Shown here piece after piece: positions 55,884 through 63,202 of a stretch of DNA of 64,000 nt. This DNA is from Bacteroidales bacterium (lineage in GTDB: Bacteria > Bacteroidota > Bacteroidia > Bacteroidales > VadinHA17): the NCBI GenBank assembly GCA_016928075.1, contig JAFGLJ010000003.1:4581-68580 (forward strand). Direction: 5' to 3'. A program made the position numbers and the translations under genes. Positions within the stretch are counted from its first letter, which is position 1; each line of letters starts with the position of its first letter. A model generated the notes under the pieces. The model did no database searches. It saw only the letters and a list, made by a program, of their open reading frames with translations, and had not been told where the DNA came from.

Positions 55884-56032
55884 CCCCCTGCCCTATAAAT
55901 GTCAACATTTAAACAACCCGGTTCAACAGTTAAACAGTTCAACGATTTAACATTTAACTACCCCGGATATAATTTTCCCCCCTTTCCGCGTTATACCTAT
56001 AGTGTTAATCCAAAAATCTGACCTATAGAAAG

Positions 56033-56638
56033 ATGAAAAAGCTCCAGTTCAGGTATATGTTGATTATTGCTTTAGCGATAATGATATTCAATAAGGGCAA
56101 CAGCCAGAGAGCCCTTCCGGATGAACTCCTCACGAACACTATCGAGGGACAGATACAGTATTTAGAGGAACACACCAGGATTTATGAAAATTACCGGGCA
56201 ATAAGGGAGGATATGTTTCAGAAGGTAAACGGCAATGTCCTGGATTCCCTGGCGGTCTATAAGAATGAGATTGCGGAATTGAATAGCCGAATCTTTTCAT
56301 TAAACAGTACCAACGCTTCCCTTGATAATTCGCTTGAAGAGACTAAAGCCAGCCTGGAGGAGATTACCCGCACAAAGAACGCAATCAGCCTGTTCGGATT
56401 GGAGGTCAACAAGCTGGTCTATAATTCTGTTATGTGGTTAATCATTGCAGCATTAATAGTTCTGCTGGCATTAGGATATACGGTGTTCAAAAGGAACCGG
56501 ATTATCACCGTCAGGACCAGGGAGGAAATCGATAACCTGAAGCAGGAGTTCGAGGAATACCGCCAGGCCTCCAGGCGGGCCCGTGAAAAAATGACAATGG
56601 AACATTTCAAGGAAATACAAAAGTTGAAAAAAACCTGA
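56033..56638 (+). CDS. Hypothetical coiled-coil protein with one internal TM helix
   Basis: 201 aa with a signal or anchor, a heptad-rich segment, a TM helix (MWLIIAALIVLLALGYTVF) and a charged tail. Confidence 0.55.
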   Translation: MKKLQFRYMLIIALAIMIFNKGNSQRALPDELLTNTIEGQIQYLEEHTRIYENYRAIREDMFQKVNGNVLDSLAVYKNEIAELNSRIFSLNSTNASLDNSLEETKASLEEITRTKNAISLFGLEVNKLVYNSVMWLIIAALIVLLALGYTVFKRNRIITVRTREEIDNLKQEFEEYRQASRRAREKMTMEHFKEIQKLKKT

Positions 56639-56714
56639 TCCTCGCACTGCCCGGTTGTCTTTTATCTTATAAAAATTGGTTAGTATATATTATATTTCGT
56701 ATTGAAAATGTTAT

Positions 56715-57344
56715 ATGAAAACAATTCTGTTAACACTTACCCTCAGCATTATCAGCATTAGCATCATAAATGCACAGGACATCCAATTCCCCCAACCCGA
56801 TCGCGATGGCGGCATGCCTCTGATGAAGGCACTTAACCTGAGAAAGACATCGCGTGAATTCTCACCAAGGGACCTGACCGTTGAGCTTATGGGTAACCTT
56901 TTCTGGGCTGCCTGCGGCACCACACGCGGTACATACCGGACAGTTCCTTCGGCTGTTAACTGGCAGGAGGTGAGGGCATATGCAGTGACAAAGGAGGGCA
57001 TATACCTGTACCATGACAGGGGCCACTACCTTGAAAAGCTTATCGACGGCGATTTCAGGGAATATACCGGTACCCAGTCATTCGTAAAGGATGCTCCCCT
57101 GACCATAGTCCTTGTAGCCGATTATTCAAGGATGCGCAGGGAAATGACCGAGGAGGACAGGTTGAAGTATTCCTGGGCTGATGCTGCCTATATCTCCCAG
57201 AATATTTACCTTTTCTGCGCTTCGGAAAACCTTAATACCGGCGTACGCGCACTCATCGACAGGGACCTGTTGAGGGAAAAGATGCAGCTACCCGATACCC
57301 ACAGAATCGTCCTTGCCCAGTGTGTAAGCTACCCTGTGGAATAG
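56715..57344 (+). CDS. Nitroreductase-family protein with a signal peptide
   Basis: 209 aa with MPLMKALNLRKTSREF and LFWAACG blocks typical of the nitroreductase fold. Confidence 0.7.
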   Translation: MKTILLTLTLSIISISIINAQDIQFPQPDRDGGMPLMKALNLRKTSREFSPRDLTVELMGNLFWAACGTTRGTYRTVPSAVNWQEVRAYAVTKEGIYLYHDRGHYLEKLIDGDFREYTGTQSFVKDAPLTIVLVADYSRMRREMTEEDRLKYSWADAAYISQNIYLFCASENLNTGVRALIDRDLLREKMQLPDTHRIVLAQCVSYPVE

Positions 57345-57390
57345 GTGCTGCAATTTACCAGGAGGCATCCAATTCCATTAGCGATTATTA

Positions 57391-57636
57391 ATTGGGAATC
57401 ATTGTAATCTTCCTGCACAATTTTTTTAGACGCACTGGTAGCGCGTCTCTACTTTTTCCCCCGGCGTTCGCTATGCTCAGCCGGGGTCTTCGCTTCGCTC
57501 CGACTTTTTCCTTTTTCCCCCGGCGTTCGCTATGCTCAGCCGGGGTCTTCGCTTCGCTCCGACTTTTTCCTTTGTACTTTTTCCTTTGTACTTTTTCCTT
57601 TGTACTTTTTCCTTTTATCTTTTATCTTTTATCTTG
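57391..57636 (+). repeat. Composite repeat cassette forming the 5' region of the GH20 gene
   Basis: ~33-nt module (57391-57423); hairpin AGACGC..GCGTCT (57428-48); CTAC; 52-nt module x2; GTACTTTTTCCTTT x3 (57574-57615); TATCTTT x3 (57616-57636). It is colinear with 22533-22840. Confidence 0.9.
57453..57563 (+). repeat. 52-nt hairpin module in two identical tandem copies (period 59 nt)
   Basis: TTTTTCCCCCGGCGTTCGCTATGCTCAGCCGGGGTCTTCGCTTCGCTCCGAC at 57453-57504 and 57512-57563. A third copy at 22592-22643 differs at 2 positions, both in the loop of the CCCCGGC/GCCGGGG stem. Confidence 0.95.
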
Positions 57637-57658
57637 AAAACCTTAATACTGAAATAAA

Positions 57659-59209
57659 ATGAAAATCATTGCAAAATCTGTTTACATCGCAGCTGTATTG
57701 CTCTTCCTCGGAGCCTGCACGCCTAAAACGTCTCAATCGCCAACCGACCTCACACAAACAAGTTTTATACCTCAACCTGCAAGTGTTACCGCCACAGGTG
57801 ATGCTTATACAGTATCTTCATCCACAGTGGTTTATTACCGGGCAGGGACGGAAGGATTGCAACAAACTGCCGCCTACCTGGCAGAACACCTGGGTGAGAT
57901 CTCAGGACTGGCTATCATTACTGAGTCAGCAGAAAAAGAGCCATCCAGGGGTATTTACCTGGAAATATCCGGCGACGATCCCGGGCTGGGTAATGAAGGT
58001 TATGAACTGAACATAGACAAAAAGCTGGTTACCATTAAATCAGCTTCAGCTGCCGGCTGTTTCTATGGCTGTCAGACGCTGCTGCAGACCCTGCCGGTAA
58101 AAGCAGCTGGCGACGAGTTGCTGGCTGTTGCTACCGGTACGGTCCGCGATTTTCCTGAATATGCTTATCGCGGGGCCATGCTCGATGTGGCACGCCATTT
58201 TTTCAGTGTTGAAGATGTGAAGAGGATGATAGATTTCCTGGCTGCTTATAAGATGAATGTGCTGCACCTGCACCTGACAGACGACCAGGGCTGGCGCATC
58301 GAGATCAAGTCGTGGCCCATGCTCACAGAGATTGGTGGCAGCACCGAAGTGGGTGGCGGTGAAGGAGGATACTACACGCAGGAGCAATATGCAGAAATAG
58401 TGGAATATGCACAGGAGCAGCATATTACAATAATACCGGAGATAGATATGCCGGGACATACCAATGCTGCGCTGGCTTCGTATGCAGAGCTGAACTGCGA
58501 CGGGGAAGCAAGGGAACTGTACACAGGTATCGAAGTGGGCTTCAGTACCCTATGTACCGGCAAGGAGATAACCTACCAGTTTGTGGATGATGTGGTGCGT
58601 GAGGTTGCAGCACTTATTCCCGGTCCGTGGTTTCATATAGGAGGCGACGAATCCCATGTAACGGCGCATGACGACTATGTTTATTTTGTTGAAAGGGTGC
58701 AGGACATTGTTGTAAAGTATGGGAAGAAAGTGATTGGCTGGGACGAGATTGCCAATGCAACACCGGTGGAAGGTACCACAGTACAGTTCTGGGACGACGT
58801 TGAAAATACCACCATGGGGGTGGATAAAGGAGCTATGGTGCTTATGTCGCCGGCAGCACGCGCTTACATGGACATGAAGTATGATCCCACCACAAAGCTG
58901 GGATTGTACTGGGCGGGCTATATTGAAGTGGATCACGGCTATGACTGGGATCCGGCAACAATGGTCGAAGGAGTCATAAAAGCAAATATCCTGGGTGTTG
59001 AGGCAGCACTGTGGACAGAAACCATCACCAACATGGACGAACTGGAATACATGGTCTTCCCCAGGCTGCCCGGATACGCCGAGATAGGCTGGACGGCCCC
59101 GGACCTCCGCGACTGGGAGACATACAGTTTACGCCTTGCCGACCACGGCAAACGCTTCGAAGACCTCGAAATTGATTTCTACCGATCCTCACTCGTCCCG
59201 TGGAAATAG
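57659..59209 (+). CDS. Beta-N-acetylhexosaminidase (GH20)
   Basis: Lipobox (LGAC) and the catalytic-domain blocks HLHLTDDQGWRIE and IGGDE. Confidence 0.9.
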   Translation: MKIIAKSVYIAAVLLFLGACTPKTSQSPTDLTQTSFIPQPASVTATGDAYTVSSSTVVYYRAGTEGLQQTAAYLAEHLGEISGLAIITESAEKEPSRGIYLEISGDDPGLGNEGYELNIDKKLVTIKSASAAGCFYGCQTLLQTLPVKAAGDELLAVATGTVRDFPEYAYRGAMLDVARHFFSVEDVKRMIDFLAAYKMNVLHLHLTDDQGWRIEIKSWPMLTEIGGSTEVGGGEGGYYTQEQYAEIVEYAQEQHITIIPEIDMPGHTNAALASYAELNCDGEARELYTGIEVGFSTLCTGKEITYQFVDDVVREVAALIPGPWFHIGGDESHVTAHDDYVYFVERVQDIVVKYGKKVIGWDEIANATPVEGTTVQFWDDVENTTMGVDKGAMVLMSPAARAYMDMKYDPTTKLGLYWAGYIEVDHGYDWDPATMVEGVIKANILGVEAALWTETITNMDELEYMVFPRLPGYAEIGWTAPDLRDWETYSLRLADHGKRFEDLEIDFYRSSLVPWK

Positions 59210-59210
59210 A

Positions 59211-59410
59211 TCCCCCTTTGAACCGAGTCCCGGGAATCCGGGACGAGCTCGGCGACCAGAGGGAGCCAACGGATTAGGGGGATGTTAATGAGTTTAAGTG
59301 GTTTAAGAGTTTAGATGTTGAGGGATTTAGAGGTTTAGACGAATAATATCGCGTTTCTACATTGGCAATTATTGCAACCTTCCTGCACAATTCCCCCTGC
59401 CCCCTGCTCA
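59211..59410 (+). repeat. Composite repeat element that starts 1 nt after the stop codon
   Basis: TCCCCCTTTGAA; nested hairpin CCGAG-TCCCGG..CCGGGA..CTCGG (59223-52); CGACCAGAGGGAGCCAACGGATTAGGGGGATGTT; GTTTAAGTG/GTTGAGG units (59292-59340); degenerate hairpin plus ~33-nt module (59361-94); CTGCCCC about 2 units (59397-59410). Confidence 0.9.
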
Positions 59411-59508
59411 ATGCTTTATTGCAGCTCATCTCTGCAATTCATCCAGCCCCTTGATTTTAATCCATGATTTGCATACATTTATAATCTCACTAACCAATAA
59501 ACCGGCCT

Positions 59509-61557
59509 ATGCCTGACCAATCAGATAACCCCTCTAACTTCTGGCAGGAACTGAAGAGAAGGAGGGTCATTCGTATCATACCCGTATATGCTGCCTCCGC
59601 CTTTGTAATACTAGAGCTGGTGGATATCATTGCTGAACCACTGGGCCTGCCCGACTGGACATTAAACATGGTGCTGGTGCTCCTTGTCATTGGTTTTGTT
59701 ATCTCCGTTATACTATCATGGGTGTATGATTTCACCCCTGAAGGTATTCAGAAGACTGAACCTTTATCAGGAGTCAAAACCGGTAAAAAAGAGAAGGTAT
59801 CCACAGGGTGGAGAATATCAACTTATGTAAGCGTCTTAATAATTATCGCTTTTATCCTTTTTTATGTCCTAAGTAGTATCAAAAAATCATCGGAAATATC
59901 TACCCTGGAGAAATCTATAGCTGTCCTGCCTTTTGAAAACTGGAACAGTGATGAGAAATTTATGCACCTGGGAGATGCCATTACAGATGAGATTATTATG
60001 CAGCTTCAGTATATCCAGGAATTTGACCGCGTGCTTTCCAGGTCATCCACAATGCAATATAAAGATAGGCGTCCTTCCATTACTGAAATAGGAAAAGAGC
60101 TGGGTGTGAATTACATTGTTGAAGGAAGCATCCAGAGACAGGATGACAACGTCAATATACGTGTGCAGGTTCTCAGGACAATAGAAGAAGATCACGTCTG
60201 GGCTGAAGAATACGACGGCAAGTGGTCCGATATCTATACTATACAGAATGATATAGCAAAAAATGTAGCTAAGGAACTAAAGGTTGTCTTAACACAGAGT
60301 GAAATAGAACAGATTGAAAGAACCCCTACTGATAATCTGGAAGCATATAATTATTACCTGCAGGGTAATAACTATTACTGGCGCAGCCAAGAGGAACGTG
60401 ACTGGATCCTGGCAATTAATATGTATCAAAAAGCCATTGAGCTGGATTCCAACTTTGTAGAGGCATATACAAAGCTTGCACGCTCACATATTTCCTTATA
60501 CTGGTACTATTTTGATAGAACCGTAGAACGATTGGATATGGCCAAGGAAGCAATTGATAAAGCATTTGATATAAAACCACATTTTGCCGATGCGCACCAT
60601 GCTTTGGGAGTATATTATTACCATGGCTTCCTGGATTATGATAATGCATTAACACACCTTAAAAAAGCCCTCGAATTAAATCCAAATGATGCTGAATGCA
60701 TTTTTCATATTGCTGGTGTATATAGGCGCATGGGAAACTGGCAAAAAGCAGAGGAAGAATTTCTTAAGGCATTTAAAAGTGATCCGAAAAATTCCAGGGT
60801 GGTCTATAATACAGCAGAGACTTTCTATTTAGTTGGGAAATATTCTGAGGCATTGGATTATGTAAACATGACAATAGAACTGAATCCCGAATATACTGCT
60901 GTATACAATCAAAAGATTAAAATATATCTAAAATGGGAAGGAGAAACCGTGAAAGCCAGGGAAGTTTTTGAAGAGGCTTCTTTACATATTAATCCTTTAT
61001 CAAACCAAGGTCTGGTTCTGAGAACTATTTCAATGGATATATATGATGGCAAATATGAGGATGCAATAAATATTTTAAATAAAATAGATTTTGAAGCCTT
61101 ACAGTCTCAGTTTTATTACTATCCGAAATATTTATACTCAGCTTTTATATATGATTATATGAATGATACCGGGAGAGCCGAACATTATTATAACCTATCG
61201 AGAATCATGTTGGAAGACAAAATTATTTATTTTCCGGATGATTCCCGTTTATACAGTGCTCTTGGTATTTCCTATGCCGGACTTGGACAAAAAGACAAAG
61301 CCATAGAAGCAGGCAAAAGAGCCGTTGAACTTATGCCAATAGAAAAAGAAGCTTATAAAGGCTATTACCACCTGATGGAGCTTGCCCAGATATATGTCAC
61401 GATAGGTGAATATCAAAAGGCCATTAACCAGCTTGATTTCCTCCTCTCTGTCCCCGGCGAACTGTCACCTGCGCTGATACAGCTCGAAACAAGGTGGCAG
61501 CCACTTTGGAACCTGCCCGAATTCAGTGAAATGATAGATAAATATTCCACCGACTAG
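59509..61557 (+). CDS. Membrane-anchored tetratricopeptide-repeat protein
   Basis: 682 aa. The N-terminal RRRVIRI..YAA.AFVILE TM segments, a SIAVLPFENWS region and multiple TPR-like helical repeats make up the domain layout. Confidence 0.7.
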   Translation: MPDQSDNPSNFWQELKRRRVIRIIPVYAASAFVILELVDIIAEPLGLPDWTLNMVLVLLVIGFVISVILSWVYDFTPEGIQKTEPLSGVKTGKKEKVSTGWRISTYVSVLIIIAFILFYVLSSIKKSSEISTLEKSIAVLPFENWNSDEKFMHLGDAITDEIIMQLQYIQEFDRVLSRSSTMQYKDRRPSITEIGKELGVNYIVEGSIQRQDDNVNIRVQVLRTIEEDHVWAEEYDGKWSDIYTIQNDIAKNVAKELKVVLTQSEIEQIERTPTDNLEAYNYYLQGNNYYWRSQEERDWILAINMYQKAIELDSNFVEAYTKLARSHISLYWYYFDRTVERLDMAKEAIDKAFDIKPHFADAHHALGVYYYHGFLDYDNALTHLKKALELNPNDAECIFHIAGVYRRMGNWQKAEEEFLKAFKSDPKNSRVVYNTAETFYLVGKYSEALDYVNMTIELNPEYTAVYNQKIKIYLKWEGETVKAREVFEEASLHINPLSNQGLVLRTISMDIYDGKYEDAINILNKIDFEALQSQFYYYPKYLYSAFIYDYMNDTGRAEHYYNLSRIMLEDKIIYFPDDSRLYSALGISYAGLGQKDKAIEAGKRAVELMPIEKEAYKGYYHLMELAQIYVTIGEYQKAINQLDFLLSVPGELSPALIQLETRWQPLWNLPEFSEMIDKYSTD

Positions 61558-61587
61558 CCACTGGCTCCCAATTCTTGGCTTCATCCC

Positions 61588-61830
61588 ATTCGCGGTAATT
61601 CGTATAAATTCGCGATAATTCGCATTATTGATTGGGAATCGTTTTAATCTTACTGCACAATTTATTGAGGCGCAACGCCTTGCGCCTCTACGGTTGGGAA
61701 TTATTGTAACCTTCCTGCAAAATTACTTATATAAACCTTATAAACTTTATCAACCTTATCAACTTACCTGCCCCCTGCTCCCTGCTCTGTGCCTTTTCTC
61801 TCCGTCTCTAAGTCATTCCGTCTCTAACCT
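61588..61830 (+). repeat. Composite mosaic repeat element
   Basis: ATTCGCG(G/A)TAATTCG x2 (61588, 61608); ~33-nt copy 1 (61631-63); hairpin GAGGCGC-aacgcctt-GCGCCTC (61667-88); TAC; ~33-nt copy 2 (61692-61724); AACCTTATC-type 9-mers x4 (61734-69); CTGCYCC x3 (61768-88); TCCGTCTCTA x2 overlapping the epimerase stop. Confidence 0.9.
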
Positions 61831-62944
61831 TCATTCCCAGCCCCGGATCATTTGTACCTATGATCCTGGAACCATCATACCGGTATCCTCCAACCACCGG
61901 GTCTTCAATCATCAGCAGCGGCGTATCCAGGTCAAGGTACCTGATCGCGGGGAAGCTTTGAGCCAGGGCCAGCGAACAGCCCATCGCCAGTCGCGTTTCC
62001 ACCATCCCGCCGATCATCAGTCCCAGCCCGGCAGCGACAGCCACCCTGATGATCTCCAGCGTTTCCAGCACCCCCGACTTCATGATCTTAAGGTTAATAA
62101 CATCCGCCGCCCCCATAGCCGCCACGCGCTCCGCATCTTCCCTGGTGAAAACCGCCTCATCGGCAGCGAGAGGTACCGTAATTGAATCCTTTATCTCCTT
62201 CATCCCCTCAAGGTCAAAACGGTCATTGGGCTGTTCAAAGAGGAGTACAGGGATCCCTTTGCGGGCCAGGTCATTGATGAATATTATAGCTTCGCCCGGC
62301 TGAAAAGCCATGTTGGCGTCGATAATAAAAGAAACATCGGGATAGCGCCTGCTTATATCGGTTATCAGGCGGGATTCGCTATCGCTGTCGATCCCTACCT
62401 TTATCTTCAGGGTACGAAAACCACTGGCATACCATGCCCCGGCAAGCTCCATCGATTTATCATAGCTCAGTAGGGGTATCGTGACATCGGTCGTCAGGAC
62501 CGTTCGCGGCTCCCGGCACCATAACGACCACAGGGGAATCTTCCTGAACCGGCAAAAGGCATCCAGCATTGCTGTCTCCAGCCCGCAACGCGGGGCAGGC
62601 TGACCGGGCTCTTTCTCTTTCATTTCAGCACTGATCCTTTCATATTCATGCACCGGCCTGCCGGTAATTCCTTCAGCCAGCTTTCTGACCTGCCGCAGTC
62701 CGTCATCCCTGGTTTCTCCAGTTAGTTCCTCGAAAGGAGCCATCTCACCATATCCTTCCGTTCCATCATCGAGGGTGATCCGTATGAAAACATTCTCCGC
62801 AACGGATATTGCCCCCTGGGAGATAACAAAATCATCGGTCAGACCGATATCCACCGGCCAGGCATCGACCTTGCGTATTACAGGGCCTTTAGCAGAGTGT
62901 GCATTCATGAGAGAAATGTCATTATACTGTTTTGAAAAGGGCAC
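61808..62944 (-). CDS. Dipeptide epimerase (enolase superfamily, L-Ala-D/L-Glu epimerase-like)
   Basis: MR/MLE-type blocks (TLKIKVG, IIDANMAF, FEQP, ADEAV, NLKIMKSG). ATG 62908 is an alternative start. Confidence 0.8.
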   Translation of the reverse strand: MPFSKQYNDISLMNAHSAKGPVIRKVDAWPVDIGLTDDFVISQGAISVAENVFIRITLDDGTEGYGEMAPFEELTGETRDDGLRQVRKLAEGITGRPVHEYERISAEMKEKEPGQPAPRCGLETAMLDAFCRFRKIPLWSLWCREPRTVLTTDVTIPLLSYDKSMELAGAWYASGFRTLKIKVGIDSDSESRLITDISRRYPDVSFIIDANMAFQPGEAIIFINDLARKGIPVLLFEQPNDRFDLEGMKEIKDSITVPLAADEAVFTREDAERVAAMGAADVINLKIMKSGVLETLEIIRVAVAAGLGLMIGGMVETRLAMGCSLALAQSFPAIRYLDLDTPLLMIEDPVVGGYRYDGSRIIGTNDPGLGMKVRDGMT

Positions 62945-63202
62945 TTCGATTGCTCAATTTACCAAAATATATTTATTCCAGGGTATATTAATTCAATTTC
63001 AGTGGTCAACATCAAATAGCCCCATCCTCTAGGTGGGGTTGTCTCAAAAAATTTTATATTTTTAAATATGGAACTGAGAATTGACCATCAAAGCCTTAAA
63101 CCACTTCATACCCGGGTAGAGGAACTTTGAATGGGGAATCGAGTAATCAAAACAAAAAAAAACCGGTTGAACTGTCTTCCATTAATATAATAACCACTAA
63201 CG

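Larger units (their letters stand above)
55480..55975 (+). repeat. Largest composite mosaic repeat element in the window
   Basis: Modules in order: GTTCCGK units; CAGTCTCTA unit; ATTCGCGATAATTCGCATTACTGATTG (55564-90); CTAC plus a degenerate ~33-nt module (55611-47); hexamers x20; CTGCYCC x8.4; nested hairpin; TTAAAC/GTTCAAC units. Confidence 0.9.

Noticed and set aside
55364-55912. ORFs 55364..55591 and 55637..55912 ([10 protein letters not shown]..., LPPAPCPLLPAPC...).
   Set aside because: The second is a low-complexity translation of the hexamer and heptamer arrays. The first runs into dispersed repeat modules. Neither has coding-like composition or any recognisable domain.
57392-57637. 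ORF 57392..57637 (81 aa) upstream of the GH20 gene. ORFs 51565..51927, 51578..51922, 32570..32758, 38479..38964 and 61628..62185 are similar.
   Set aside because: They run through dispersed repeat modules or lie antisense to well-supported genes. The same peptide fragments (FPPAFAMLSRGLRFAPT) recur only because the 52-nt DNA module recurs.
14930-61830. The mosaic repeats interpreted as classical MITEs or IS remnants.
   Set aside because: I saw no terminal inverted repeats bracketing the composites, no obvious target-site duplications and no transposase or integrase ORF anywhere in the window. The module copy numbers vary in the manner of slippage products.
63019-63039. An isolated hairpin, CCCCAtCC-tcta-GGTGGGG, in the divergent spacer between the epimerase gene and the partial lipoprotein gene.
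   Set aside because: No adjacent T-tract on either strand and not downstream of any gene, so it is not a terminator. It is a single occurrence with no supporting conservation that I can see.
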